Virus record (IMG/VR): IMGVR_UViG_3300013947_000022
Location: 1 to 64,000 of that record
Origin: a virus
Taxonomy: Duplodnaviria > Caudoviricetes
Reading direction: 5' to 3' (one strand)
Length of the DNA: 64,000 nt
The position numbers and the translations under genes are program-made. The notes under the pieces are model-generated. The model was not told the origin of the DNA, did no database searches, and saw nothing but the letters and a program-made list of their open reading frames with translations. Position 1 is the stretch's first letter. Every line of letters begins with the position of its first letter. Positions 8,933 through 20,755 of this stretch are shown here, in pieces.

Positions 8933-10888
8933 TTGAACGAAAGTAAAAAGAAATTAACTTTTGAACTTTCTCCTGAGCAACTCAGAATTAAAACACTCTT
9001 GAATAAAGAGTTTTTAGCGGTTGATATAATGGCTATTTCAAATATTTATCCAAATCGCAATAAAAGTTATTTTACAGAAGATTCAATGAGAAATGCTATT
9101 CCCACTTTTTACGAAAAGCCGATTCTTGGCTCCTTTAGCGTTTTAAAGGATGATTTTGGCGGGCATGATAATGGTTTAATTAACGATGAATACGGTGTTC
9201 ATGAAGACCACACTGGCGGAAGATATGAGGTTCCACTTGGTTTGGTCCGCACTAAAGACCGTGTTGAGCTTATTGAAAAAGACGGGCTTAAATGGATTTC
9301 TCTTTCTGCTGCTCTTTGGGTGAATTATTCTTATCGTCAAGTTAAAAGACTTCTTAAATCAAAAGGTAAAAAAGTATCTGTCGAAGTAGAAGTAACTAAG
9401 TCTCATGTTGATGACGATGGTATTGAAGTTATTGATGAATTTAGCCTAATGGGTATTACCATTCTTGGCTCTGATTATACTGAAGCTATTCCTAATGCGA
9501 ATCTTTCGATTCCTGAGCTTGAAGTAACTGAAGCATATCAGATGCGTAAGAAGAGCTTAACTTTTGCTTATCAAGAACTCGATAAGTCTCTTGGTATTAC
9601 TCCTGAATCAAACGATAATACAAATATAGATAAATCGAATTTCTCCGATACTCCCATTGATAATGAAGATACGGATGAAATTAAAATGGATAATGACGAG
9701 AGAGGAGGAGAAACAGTTCCAATGTATACGCTTGAAGAAAAAAGACAGATGCTACAAGATGCTTTAGTTAAAGAAGGTTGCTATGTTTGGGTTATGGATA
9801 TGAGCGAGAGCGAAGTCTATTATAGCATTGATGGCGAAGGCACTTTCTCCGCACCTTATTCTATTGAGGTTGGCGAAGATGATAAGGTTGTTGTTTCTGT
9901 CGATGAAAGCGCAAAGCAACCAGTTGTTCGTTCTTGGAAAAAGTACGATGAGAATGAGAACGAGTCCGAAGTGGAAAAAGAAAACTTTGAAGAAAAGGCT
10001 AATGAACCTGAAAAGGAAGAAGAGTCTGTTGAAAACAAAGAAGTTGAAGCCGAAGAAGATAATAAGGAATGTGAGTCTGAAGACGAGAAAAACGAAGACG
10101 AAGCTACTGAGGAAAAAGAATGCGAATCTTGCGAGCCTGAAGAGGAATGCAAAATGTCTGAGGATGAGTGCAAGATGAGTGAAGATGGTTGTGAGTGCGA
10201 ATCTAAGGAAGAGTGTGCCGAAAATTCCGACGAGGAAAACAAGGAATGCGAATCTGAGGAAAATAAAGAGTGTGAGTCTACTTCTGAGGACGAGTGCAAA
10301 ATGTCTGAAAATGACGAGTGCAAGATGTCTGAGGAAGATGATAAAGATGATAAAGATGATTCTGACGAGGATGAGAAAGAGGAAGAATCTGCCGAGTCTG
10401 CTGGTGCTATTGAAAAGTGCTCCGAGGAAATTCCTGACGAGCCTGTAAAAGAGCAAGCTATCTTTACCGTTGGAGATAAGACTTACACCGAAGATGAATT
10501 CAAAGCTGAGTTCATTAAGATGAGTGAGATTATTGCTGATTATGAGGCTAAATTTGCCGCCGCTAAGAACGCAGAAATCTACTCTTTTGTTTGTTCTGTT
10601 ATCGACAGTGAGGAAGACCTTACTGCTGAAAATAAAGATATTATTAAAAATGCTATGAAAGAGAATTGCGATAAGAGCTCCTATAGTGCAAATGAGACTG
10701 CTCAGGAAGCCGCTGAACATCTTATTGCTGATGCTCTTTATCAGCAAAAGAAGATGGCTAAAAGCTCTAAAGTTGAAAAAGACTTTAGCGTGAGCATTGT
10801 TAAAGAGACTTCTACTGTTGTGGCTAATACTACGAAGAATAGTATGGAGGACCTGAAAAATGCTATTGCAAATCTCAATAAAATTTAA
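8933..10888 (+). CDS. prohead protease / scaffold fusion
   Basis: N-terminal NRNKSYF, KPILG, VSVEV, GITILG protease-like motifs; long acidic C-terminus; directly upstream of decoration and capsid genes. Confidence 0.75.
   Translation: MNESKKKLTFELSPEQLRIKTLLNKEFLAVDIMAISNIYPNRNKSYFTEDSMRNAIPTFYEKPILGSFSVLKDDFGGHDNGLINDEYGVHEDHTGGRYEVPLGLVRTKDRVELIEKDGLKWISLSAALWVNYSYRQVKRLLKSKGKKVSVEVEVTKSHVDDDGIEVIDEFSLMGITILGSDYTEAIPNANLSIPELEVTEAYQMRKKSLTFAYQELDKSLGITPESNDNTNIDKSNFSDTPIDNEDTDEIKMDNDERGGETVPMYTLEEKRQMLQDALVKEGCYVWVMDMSESEVYYSIDGEGTFSAPYSIEVGEDDKVVVSVDESAKQPVVRSWKKYDENENESEVEKENFEEKANEPEKEEESVENKEVEAEEDNKECESEDEKNEDEATEEKECESCEPEEECKMSEDECKMSEDGCECESKEECAENSDEENKECESEENKECESTSEDECKMSENDECKMSEEDDKDDKDDSDEDEKEEESAESAGAIEKCSEEIPDEPVKEQAIFTVGDKTYTEDEFKAEFIKMSEIIADYEAKFAAAKNAEIYSFVCSVIDSEEDLTAENKDIIKNAMKENCDKSSYSANETAQEAAEHLIADALYQQKKMAKSSKVEKDFSVSIVKETSTVVANTTKNSMEDLKNAIANLNKI
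10040..10400 (+). repeat. low-complexity Glu/Cys repeats (ECKMSE, NKECES)
   Basis: Visible in the translation of 8933-10888. Confidence 0.85.
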
Positions 10889-10911
10889 CTATAATAGGAG
10901 GAAAATATATT

Positions 10912-11433
10912 ATGAAATTCATTGAGAAGATTCTCATGGCTTCTGAAGATGTTCAGAGCTATCTCGTGACTGGTCGTTGCGAAAACGAGCTTGCCGATGG
11001 TTCTATTGTTACTATTGGCGACCTTTGCGACCATGCTGTTTATAAGAACGTTAAGGATATGAATGCACGTCAGCTTACCGCTGGTTATACTAAGGGCAAG
11101 CGTTATGGTATCGTTGACTATGTTGGTGTTTCTCAGGGTACTATTGTTGGCGTAGTTTATCGTATTGGTAGCAAGATTGCGGGTCTTCCTGTTCCAGCCA
11201 ATGAAAATACTCGTGTTCGTATTCCTCAAGTTGGTGACGAGTTCTATCTCGCAGACGATAACTTCTCTGCCGCTCCTGTTGCTGGTACTGTCTACACTGG
11301 TTCTGCTGATGGTTCTTATGTCGCTGGTACTGAGGGTGAAGGCTTCACCTTTAAGGTTGAGTATGTGACCGATAAGATTATGGGTCAGGTCAACGCTGGT
11401 AAGAAGGCTTACTGCACCGTTCTGTCCGTCTAA
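10912..11433 (+). CDS. capsid decoration/auxiliary protein
   Basis: 173 aa, beta-rich, strong codon bias, lies between scaffold and capsid. Confidence 0.6.
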   Translation: MKFIEKILMASEDVQSYLVTGRCENELADGSIVTIGDLCDHAVYKNVKDMNARQLTAGYTKGKRYGIVDYVGVSQGTIVGVVYRIGSKIAGLPVPANENTRVRIPQVGDEFYLADDNFSAAPVAGTVYTGSADGSYVAGTEGEGFTFKVEYVTDKIMGQVNAGKKAYCTVLSV

Positions 11434-11504
11434 TCCTCACGGATAGATGAGATGGTTTTGAATATATACTTAGAAAAGATTAAATTAAGGAGGATTATGT
11501 TGTT

Positions 11505-14500
11505 ATGAAACACATTTTTAGCTACAATAAGTTCAACGATGAAACTCTTGACGGCATCGTTGAGTCTGGTTACGCTCTGACTCAGGCTTTCCTTGAGGGT
11601 AAGGGCAATACTCATGAATATTCCGAAGCTAATAAGCAGTTCAATGAAAACCTCATGAAGTTCTGCGCTGAGGGTAATGTCATGAATTATAATGGTCTTG
11701 AGGATATTAAGAACCCTATGGTTCACAAGAATAGCTCCTTCCTTGAGAAGTTCGATGTCGTTCTTGCTCAGATTCTTACTCCCGTTATTCCTACTGTTGT
11801 TGCTTCTGGTTATGACCAGCTTTATGATGTAACTCAGGTCGGTTTTGGAGTAGCTTAACGCAGTCTCCGCATATTAAGTAATTAGTATGTAGAGCGTTTG
11901 TATAACGCCCATATCACAACAAATGCTGGCAATCCCTAAAGTCAATCAAACTACAACGCAAGGATGAAATAAGCCTAAACGTGAATGTTGCGAAAGCAGA
12001 AAAAATTGATTGAATGGCATAAGGTTAAATCCTAAGTGTCTTTTAGAATTTTGAAAATGGGTCTTCAGCAGCATAGATTTTACAGAATCTTGTTCAACGA
12101 CTATCCCTCTTGAGGGGAGTAAATCCAAGTGGGTTGAAATGAGTGACCCCGTTTTACGGGTGATGATATAGTCTATTCTTAATTGAAAGATTAAGAAGTT
12201 CACTGCATTGAACGTCAAAGATTAACGCTCTTTGATTAATAAATTTTAACAATCTTAATTAAAAAGGAAAAATATATGGAAAATTGGACAATTGTAATAA
12301 AAAGCAAAAAAGAGCTTTCTAAATACAAAGAGGAAATAATTAAAAAATATTTAGCTGGAAAAACTTATAGCGAATTAGCACGAGAATACGCAACCCATAC
12401 AATGACAGTGAAATATGTGTTATTGGATAATAATATTTAGTTGCGTTCGACAAAATCGGAAGTTTCGCTGGATTTTTTGCGTAGCAAATCAGAAGAAATT
12501 AAAGATTTGTATTTAAACAAGCGTAAAAGTCCAAAAGAAATTGGGGAAATATATGGCGTAAAAAGAAATCGCATAAATTATCTTCTTCAAGAATTAGGAG
12601 TACAAAAGAATCAGTCTGAGGTCAAGCGCCGCTATGAATACGATGAAGATTTTTTTAATTAGATTGACACTCCTAATAAAGCTTATATTTTAGGTTTTTG
12701 GTACGCGGATGGAAGTGTAAGTCGAGTAAACAATAGCGCCGTATTGGCGTTAAAAGAAACAGATGAGGATACTTTAGAAAAAATAAGAAAAGCAATTGGT
12801 TCTACGAAACCACTATATCACAAAAATTATTTACATCCAGATGGTACAGAAAGGCGAATTGTTTCTTTGGTTTTAAATGGGGATAAAACGTGCTCGAACT
12901 TTGAAAAATGGGGGTGCCCGCCCGCTAAAACTTTTTTAATAGACTTTCCTGATTTTTTACGAGAAGATTTATATTCTCATTTTATCCGAGGCTATTTTGA
13001 TGGAGACGGATGCGCTTGTGTGCTCTCAGACGGAGGGTTTACAGTAACTATAATGTCTTCCACACAATTTTGTTTTGGATTACAAAAATATTTAATTGAA
13101 AAATAGAAAATAAATTTCATGGTAAATTAGCCGACAGGTAAAAAAGAAGGTAATAAAGTAATTAGGTCGCATTCCAAGAAAGAATGCAAAAAATTTATGG
13201 AGTTTATATATAAAGATGCTGATTTATATATGAAAAGGAAAAAAGATAAATTCTAAGAATATTTTGAAAAAGATTGTTAAAATTTCAACATAAGACAGCG
13301 CAAAATTCATGGTCGAAAGCAATGAGCTCTTCATTGTTAATGACCTTGCTGAAGGTATCCGCAATGGAGCCCAGCAGACTGCAAGCAACACTGAATACAC
13401 TATTCAGGCTCAACGTCAGACCATTAGCCTCTATTGTGACTGGTTAAAAATTGCTTGACCCGCAAGCATATGGTAGCCAGAGTACATAGTAATATGTATA
13501 AAAATAAATTCGCTTAATTGCTGGAAATACTTAAAGCCAATTAAACTACAACATAAAATCGAAAGATTTAGGTGTGAAAGTGACGAAAGTAAAAAGAATT
13601 AATTGGATGACATAAGGTGTAAAACCTAAGTGTTTTAATAATAGTTAATCAGCAGCCCAAACCTGAATAGGGTGAGGTTCAACGACTATCTTTTTTAAGA
13701 ATAGGATAAAAATCCGAAATGGCGAACATCTGAAAAGATGAAGATATAGTCTTAACTTTACAGAGATGTACAGAATAAACAAAAAATCAATAAAATTTGG
13801 TGGATTTTTTGTGCAAATTGACCACGTTGCTGCGGGTAAACAGAATTGGGGTTCTCTTCTTGCCAAGGTTGGTGCTTCCTTTGCCGCTTATGTCATGGGT
13901 CGTGTCGCTAAGGTTATGTCCGATGTTATTACTGATGCTGGTGAGCACGGTATTGCTGGTTATATCGCTAATGGTATGACCGATGCTAACTGGCTTACCA
14001 CTGCTCGTAACGTCTCTCTTGCCAATGGTGGTGCTCAGGTTTATGCTCTCGGTACTAACATTGCTCTTGCTGACGTTCTTCCTGCTGATGCTCAGTCCTT
14101 CCGTTATGGTGAGGCTGGTTCCATCGTTCGTGACGGTTATCTTCCTGAGTACAAGAAGATTCCTCTAATCGAGCTTGGCAATTGCCTCGTTCCTAACACC
14201 ATCAATGGCACTCCTGAAGTTGTCCTTGATGATGATATTATTTATATGATTAATCGTTGTGCTTAACAACAGAGAGTCAGTATGTACAGTAATGTGCATA
14301 TAGAGATTGATATAAATCAATCCAATATACTACCTGAATTGCTGGAAACTCTTAAAGCTTGATTCACTACAGCGTAAGAAGTAATTCTAAGCGCGAAAGT
14401 TACGAAAGTAGAAAAAAGAAATCAAGATTTCTCAAGGTTAAATCCTAAAAGAAATGCCCAAAATAGATAATCAGCAGCTAAGTTGACTCAATTTGTAAAA

Positions 14501-15689
14501 AGTTTACAAATCGTCAAAAAGTTCAACGACTATCCCTCTTGAGGGGAGTACATACAAGCGTATGGAAGTGGGTAGCCCCTATTATTTTAAAATAGGGTGA
14601 AGATATAGTCTGAGCTTATATGAAAGTATAAGAAGTTCGTAAGAGAACTGTATGAGTAGTAGCGCACTCATATGAACAAAAGTTATTTTAAAATATTTGC
14701 TTTAATTTGTAAAAAAAGTAGGTGAAAAACATATAGATTATAGTTCCTAATAATAATGAGTCTTATGATAATTATATTAAAAGAATATTTAATAGTAGAG
14801 AGAATAAAAAAGATAAAGATAATTATCAAGAAAAACATCATATTATACCTAAAACAATGGGTGGAACAAATGATTTAAGCAATTTAATATATTTGTACGC
14901 ACAAGAACATTATTATGCTCATAAATTATTAGCGCAAGAAAATCCTCATGAAAAAGGATTACAGTTGGCATGGTGGAATATGTGTCAATGTAAAGAAGAA
15001 GGGTATCGCAATTATAAAATTTCTGCTGAAGAATATTCATTGGCTCGTACAAATGCGGCGAAAATTAATTCAGAAATAAGAAAAGGAATAAAATTTTCTG
15101 ATGACCATAGAAAAAAACTTTGTCAGCGCGGTAAGGCGGTAATTAATTTAACTACTGGTAAAGTTTATAACAACGCAAAAGCCGCATCTATAGATACTGG
15201 AATAAAGGCTTCTCATATTGGAGAATGTTGTAGAGGAGAAATTGCCAGAGCGGGAGAATCTGATGAGGGGATTCCTTATATTTGGAGATTTGTTGGAGAA
15301 GAAAACAAAGAAGTATCTAATAAGAAAATTTTTATGAGAAAAAAAGTAATGTGTGTAGAAACTTAGATTGTTTATGAAGGTATAAGAGAAGCCTGTAGAG
15401 ATACAGGTGTTGATAGAAGTACAATAAAAAGAGATTGTGAAAAAAGTGCTTCAAGACAAAGTAAAAATAGATTGCACTTTTGTTATGTGCAAAGCAAATA
15501 AATTTTAAAATAACGTACTGGCCCATGGGCTTCCACAAACCAGTTCACGTTGTCATGGAAGGTAATAGTGTCAGCGTTCAGCGTGACCCGATGTATGCTG
15601 CTGACCACACCTATGGCTTCACCGTTGATATGCGTATGGGTGTTGGTATTGTAATCGGTTCCAAGATTGGTTGCATCCAGCTTCAGTAA
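11505..15689 (+). CDS. major capsid protein, 4 exons: 11505-11850, 13295-13444, 13821-14251, 15522-15689 (364 aa)
   Basis: Exons join in frame (1095 nt): VGFG|DSAKF, CDW|YHVAAGK, IIYMI|PMGFHKP; uniform high-expression codon usage; last junction +/-1 nt. Confidence 0.85.
11851..13294 (+). mobile_element. group I intron 1 in capsid gene, with LAGLIDADG ORF
   Basis: P/Q/R/S cores AATGCTGGCAA, CAGCAGC, GTTCAACGACTA, GATATAGTC; IGS GCAGTCTCC pairs with the ligated exons; terminal G. Confidence 0.88.
12276..13256 (+). CDS. LAGLIDADG homing endonuclease with N-terminal HTH repeats (TAG=Gln)
   Basis: KAYILGFWYADG and HFIRGYFDGDG motifs; three track fragments lie in one frame separated by TAG. Confidence 0.88.
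13445..13820 (+). mobile_element. group I intron 2 in capsid gene (ORF-less, 376 nt)
   Basis: AATTGCTGGAA, AATCAGCAGC, GTTCAACGACTA, AAGATATAGTC; U before the 5' site, terminal G. Confidence 0.9.
14252..15521 (+). mobile_element. group I intron 3 in capsid gene, with HNH ORF
   Basis: Same P/Q/R/S cores; ORF looped out by an inverted repeat at ~14681-14703 / 15491-15514. Confidence 0.88.
14731..15501 (+). CDS. HNH homing endonuclease with NUMOD/IENR repeats
   Basis: EKHHIIPKTMGGTNDLSNLIYLYAQEHYYAH; start uncertain (ATA 14731 or GTG 14722). Confidence 0.82.
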
Positions 15690-15825
15690 TTTTAAGTTAA
15701 TAACTTAAAGTAAAGAAGAGGGGTCTCCGAAAGGAGAAATAAAAGATGATTTTTATTCGTTAAGATAAAAATTTATTTTTGAATAAAATTAAGATTTAAA
15801 AGGTTTAAAAGGAGGATACTTGAAA

Positions 15826-16686
15826 ATGGCAGTATCTAAGAAAAACAGCACAATTACTAAAACTGAAAAGAATGAAGTTCAGATTAATGAGCCCGCTGTT
15901 GCGGAGGTTTCGGCTTCCGCAACAGTAGAGGCAAAGGAAACTTCCGCACAACAGGCTCAACCCTCAATGGCTGACCTGATGGCGATGTTTGCCTCTATGA
16001 AGGAATCTATTGATTCTCTCAAGACGGATTTGACAAATGCCAAAAAGGAAAACGAGGAGCTCAAAACTCAGATTGAAGAAGCGAATGCAAAGGTTGAGGA
16101 GGCTGAAAAGAAAGCCAGTATGATTCCTGAGCCAAAAGATTCCACTGCTGAAAGCACTACTAATCGTCTTCTTGACATTATTGCTAATCGTAAATCTGAG
16201 AAGGAAGTTGTTTTAATCCATAATCGTGAGATTATTGGTGGGGGTTCAACTGCTCTTCGTTTGACTGGTCTTTCCATTGATTTCCACACGTTTGGTGAGC
16301 AACGTCTTCTTAGCTGGCAACAGTTTGAGGAATGCGTTTCTAAGTATCGTCGTTGGTTTGATAAGGAAATTATTGTTCTTGGTCCCGAATCTGCGGATAT
16401 TGCGGAACGTTACAATGTTCCTTGTTTGAATCGTGATGGTAAGCGCATTATCACAAAGGAAGATTTGCGTACACTTTATCAAAAGCCAGAGCGTGACCTT
16501 GAGGACTTTTACAATGCTCTTACAGATGATGATAAGGACTTTATTTGTTCCTATTGGCTTGGTAAGTGTTATAGCGGAGACCAGAATTATATTAAGCGTG
16601 GAAAGATTGAGATTCTAAATCGTCTCAATCCCAAACATCCTTTCACGAATTATATCGTGGAGATGAACTTTAAGTCTATTCAGTAA
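15826..16686 (+). CDS. hypothetical head-module protein with coiled coil
   Basis: RBS AGGAGG, long ORF directly after capsid. Confidence 0.7.
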   Translation: MAVSKKNSTITKTEKNEVQINEPAVAEVSASATVEAKETSAQQAQPSMADLMAMFASMKESIDSLKTDLTNAKKENEELKTQIEEANAKVEEAEKKASMIPEPKDSTAESTTNRLLDIIANRKSEKEVVLIHNREIIGGGSTALRLTGLSIDFHTFGEQRLLSWQQFEECVSKYRRWFDKEIIVLGPESADIAERYNVPCLNRDGKRIITKEDLRTLYQKPERDLEDFYNALTDDDKDFICSYWLGKCYSGDQNYIKRGKIEILNRLNPKHPFTNYIVEMNFKSIQ

Positions 16687-16715
16687 CAATAAAAGGAAGG
16701 AGGATTAAAATATCC

Positions 16716-17423
16716 GTGGGTATTTTATTTAGCGATATTTATAAAAAAGCAATCGCCCTCTTTGACGACCCAAAGATAACTCGTGCATACGAGACAAATC
16801 AGATTCAGTTTTATAAATTGATGTATACTTATTTGTAGAATGCGATTGCTATGTTTGACAATCCTCTTTCAGTATCGTTGCGTTTATCTAATTATAAAGA
16901 ACCAAATGGCACAATGGAAGTTTTTGAAGGGGATGGCGTAAACAAGGTTTTTACGCTTGACCCAGATTTTGAAATCCTTGATAATAGCGTTTATTGCTAT
17001 ATTGAAGGATAGGCTGTTGTCCAAGCTAAGTTAGACAAGGAAAGTCGAACTGTTGAATTTCCTGACGTTATTCCAGAAGGACAGCAATATTCTATTGAGC
17101 AATATTATATTGGCGAATTTACAGATGAGTTTAAAGACTTTAATAACAATGCGCAAGGCAGTAATGCAGTTGCGATAGGATATATTAAAGACATTCTTGC
17201 TCGTTTACTTGTGAAAGCGTGGGCAGAAGAAGAAAGAAATCTGTTGTTAGATATTCGTAATATTATGCAAGATAGCGACTTCAAGATTATGTCAAATGAC
17301 CGTATTTTAAAAGCCAAGAATGAATGGATAGCACAAATGAATGAAGAAATTGCAACATATCAAGGAAGGTTAGCTTGGATGATTCGTTTTATGCGGGGTT
17401 CAAGTTATCTGGGAAGGGGATAA
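16716..17423 (+). CDS. putative head-tail adaptor (2 TAG=Gln)
   Basis: RBS + GTG 16716 in frame with the 17211 fragment; position in morphogenesis module. Confidence 0.6.
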
Positions 17424-17426
17424 GAA

Positions 17427-17777
17427 ATGGAAGAAAAGGGAAATAATTTTAAAATTGTTTTGTCTTTAGATGAAAAGATTAAATGTTTAGAAGAATTAAT
17501 TATTCGACTAAAAAAGATTCTTTATGTCTACGACCGTTCTTTAGAACCTGACTCTAAGTATAACTATCGCATTTATTGTGGTGGTGTTGCAATGTATATT
17601 TCTTCGAGCAATTATTTGTTTAATGGCGAATTGGTTAGCATCGTAGTTAATATGACTTCAATTTTAAATAATAAATTGGAGAAAGCACAGATTAAAAAAC
17701 TTGTTTTTGACTCTGTAAATTATGCTGAATTTTTACTTTCTTCTTACAAGGACAAAAAAGAGTCCGATAAGGAGTGA
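17427..17777 (+). CDS. hypothetical neck-region protein
   Basis: ORF of 116 aa. Confidence 0.65.
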   Translation: MEEKGNNFKIVLSLDEKIKCLEELIIRLKKILYVYDRSLEPDSKYNYRIYCGGVAMYISSSNYLFNGELVSIVVNMTSILNNKLEKAQIKKLVFDSVNYAEFLLSSYKDKKESDKE

Positions 17778-17780
17778 GAT

Positions 17781-19037
17781 ATGGCTGTAATTGATACAAC
17801 AACTGTAATAGATAGTTCCATGTTTTTGAAAGCAAGACTTCCTAAAAATATGGTCGGAGAAAACTATTACATTGAAAATTTACAGGATAAAAGAAACAAA
17901 GATTGGGCATATAGATATAATGTGGTTGGAATCGAAGAAGAAATTCAGCGTCAATTAGAGTACACTTGTGAACTTCCTTCTTATACTCCTATAGATGTAG
18001 TAATACGTTCTGTAAAAAGTGAAAGAGGAGAAGACCTTGGTACAGATTGGGCTGAATTAAGTTTCAGAGATTTAAAATATCCTATTGGAGTAGGTAGAAG
18101 ATATAGATTTTCTCTTGATTTTCCAGACATGACTAAAATGACAGAGGATGAAAAATATTATGACACAAGCGTATGGCTTGCTATTAATGAAGGTCCGATA
18201 AAACCACGGCATAGCTGTGTGGTTCGTAGATGTAATGGTAATATTGCAATGGTAGGCTCTCCTGATAGAACATATCAAAATATTACGGAAGCAAGGTATG
18301 AGCCTTGCATTCAAGTTACTGAATTAAGATATATGAACAAATATTACAATCAAACGCTTGTTGTTCCACAAGCAGAGTGGTATGTTTATTTGCAGATGAA
18401 TTATTTTACCAATTTTATTAAAGTTAATGACAGGTTAATTCTTGGGTTAAGTGATGTAGAAGACAAGGAAAATAATTCTGTATATCAAGTAAAAGCTGTG
18501 GTAAAAGCTAATTCTCAAAAGACTTTTGCTCGAAATAATCAAACAGACATAAAAGATATACCGATGATTATTTTAGCGTTAGATAAAGATGTAGTAGCCG
18601 AGGGAGATGATTTAGTAAATCGAATCCCGAATTAGGCTCCACTTTACAAAGTTGAACAAGAGAATCCTGTCTATGAATATTATATTGAAATGGAAAATAC
18701 TGAAATTGAGGAGATTATACAACCTGATGTAACAACTGACCTTATGTTAGGAGAAACTGGTGAATTTAAAGTGTATCTTGTTTTTAATAACGAAAAAGCT
18801 GAAGGAAAACATAAGTTTGAATTTAATGCTAAATTAGGTGGCATTAAGCAAGAAAATTGGAATAAATATTTCAAGTGCGCCCTAGATAATGAAACTGGTG
18901 TGTTTACGATTAAGAATCTTAAACAATGTAACAGAGGGGTTGTTAATGTAGAGTTAAGATGCGTCGATGAAGAATTGATTGCTCAAGCAGAGCCCGTTGT
19001 TTAGAATTACACTTTTAAGTTGGGAGGATTTTATTAA
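17781..19037 (+). CDS. putative neck/head-closure protein (2 TAG=Gln)
   Basis: 17781 and 18690 fragments are in one frame through TAG; ends TAA 19035-19037. Confidence 0.65.
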
Positions 19038-19039
19038 TT

Positions 19040-19696
19040 ATGTTAGATAATACATTTGCGCCTAATGCTCGAAACCGTCTTGCTACGCTTGATGGGATTG
19101 AGGATAGGATTATTTATTATTTACTATCTCCCAATAATAAAACGGAAGAGGAGTTGAAAGCTACTCATACGATATGGAAGCTTTTAACTTATAATACGGG
19201 AGATGCTTTAAACAAGAAGTTACCGACCTATAAAAAGGTTGTTGGTTTAATTGCGAACGACGATGTAACGCAAACGGATAAGAGGATTTTTAGAAGTCCT
19301 CATTTTGAAGACGCTTTTTTGACAGAGGCAACTTTGCTTAAGGTGTATATTGACAGTATTATACCGTCAGACCCTTATAAGGCAGTTGTTAATGTCGGTA
19401 TAGATATTATCACTCATAATAAGTGTATTAATATAGCTGCTGATGAAGAAGACAAAGGTTTACCCATTGACGTTGTTGATGGCGTAGAATACTTTGTTGG
19501 GACTAAAAGTAGAATATCTGTTTTAACGCAAGCTATAATTTCTTTACTTAATGGTGCTAATGTTCAAGGTGTTGGATTGATGGAATTTTCTGGTACGATG
19601 AGTCGTTTCCAGCAAGCTCAATATGGCATTTGGAATAATAGAAACTTTGAGGGAATTAAGGTTGTAATGGGTTGTTGGATGAGTGGGGTGTCTTAA
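19040..19696 (+). CDS. putative tail terminator/completion protein
   Basis: Position upstream of tail tube; 218 aa. Confidence 0.55.
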   Translation: MLDNTFAPNARNRLATLDGIEDRIIYYLLSPNNKTEEELKATHTIWKLLTYNTGDALNKKLPTYKKVVGLIANDDVTQTDKRIFRSPHFEDAFLTEATLLKVYIDSIIPSDPYKAVVNVGIDIITHNKCINIAADEEDKGLPIDVVDGVEYFVGTKSRISVLTQAIISLLNGANVQGVGLMEFSGTMSRFQQAQYGIWNNRNFEGIKVVMGCWMSGVS

Positions 19697-19702
19697 TAAG
19701 GC

Positions 19703-20713
19703 ATGATAATCTCAAAAGAACTTGAACAAAAGATAACTGTTTATGAACAAGCCTACTTTTAGACAGACGACCCTGTTCCGTTTAAGGGAGGGTTAAAAGT
19801 TTATCCTGTTATGGCACGAGATTACTATAAGTTTTATAGTACGCTTGGCTGTTTAACATAGGATAAAACAGTAAAAAAAGTTAAATATACTGACGAAAAT
19901 GGAATCGAAAAGGAAAAAGAAGTTGCGAATCCAGAAGGAATTGCAATGAGCTATATGAATTATTTAATAAAACAAATGGAAGATGAGAAAATTGGTGGTT
20001 TTGTAACCAGTCAAGTAATTCGGATATTTGAACTTTGCTTGCATGAGAAGAATCGGTTATATTGCCCTAAATGTGGCAAGAAAATTGAGGATGAAGAGAT
20101 TGCAAAAAAGTTGTTGGAATTAGATAAGGAAATAGCTGACCTTGGAGAAGAAGTTTCCGATTAGGATAAATAGCTTAAAAAACTGTAGATGATACAGTCT
20201 CTTAGTGTTTGCGAATGTGGAGAATAGATGCGTGAGGTTTATAGTATAAGGAATGAGAATGGGCAGAAGAACTTGGCTATTAAAGATGTAATTTTGACTA
20301 ATAAAGATTTAGAAGAGCTCACTGCAATTATCACACATTATAATATTCTTGATTATGATGGAGACAAATATATTGACCCTAATTTGAAAAAAGATTTGGA
20401 ACTAAAGAAGTAGCTGGAAAGTAAAAATTACACTTCCCCCAGTCTTGAAAAACAATTAGTGGGTGTTAGTATAAGCAGTCCTTATCATATTGAGGAATTA
20501 AAAGAAAATGTAACACTAAGGAAATTAGCTTTAATGCTGAAAATGATAGACTCTCAAAGGACATATTATGCTTAGATTCAAGGGCAGATGTCGGGAATGG
20601 TAGAATTTAAGACGCCACCTCTCCATTGGCTTTATGGTAACGACAAGAAAGATATGTCTAAGGAGATTATGTCGTTAAACGATGTTTAGAAAAAATTTGC
20701 TGCTGTAACTTAA
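19703..20713 (+). CDS. hypothetical protein with zinc ribbon, possible tail assembly chaperone (~8 TAG)
   Basis: Single 336-aa frame if TAG=Gln; CPKCG...CECG. Confidence 0.65.
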
Positions 20714-20755
20714 AATTTAAGATTATAGTAACTATGAAAATAAGGAGGATATACT

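Noticed and set aside
9764-10747. Long minus-strand ORFs (327 aa, 155 aa) and other antisense/alternate-frame ORFs in the track
   Set aside because: Shadows of low-complexity or codon-biased + strand genes; no RBS or motifs
13766-13820. Track start codons for ORFs 13766, 15480, 43385, 59458 and 60459
   Set aside because: They fall in intron tails or mid-exon; these ORFs are exons of spliced genes
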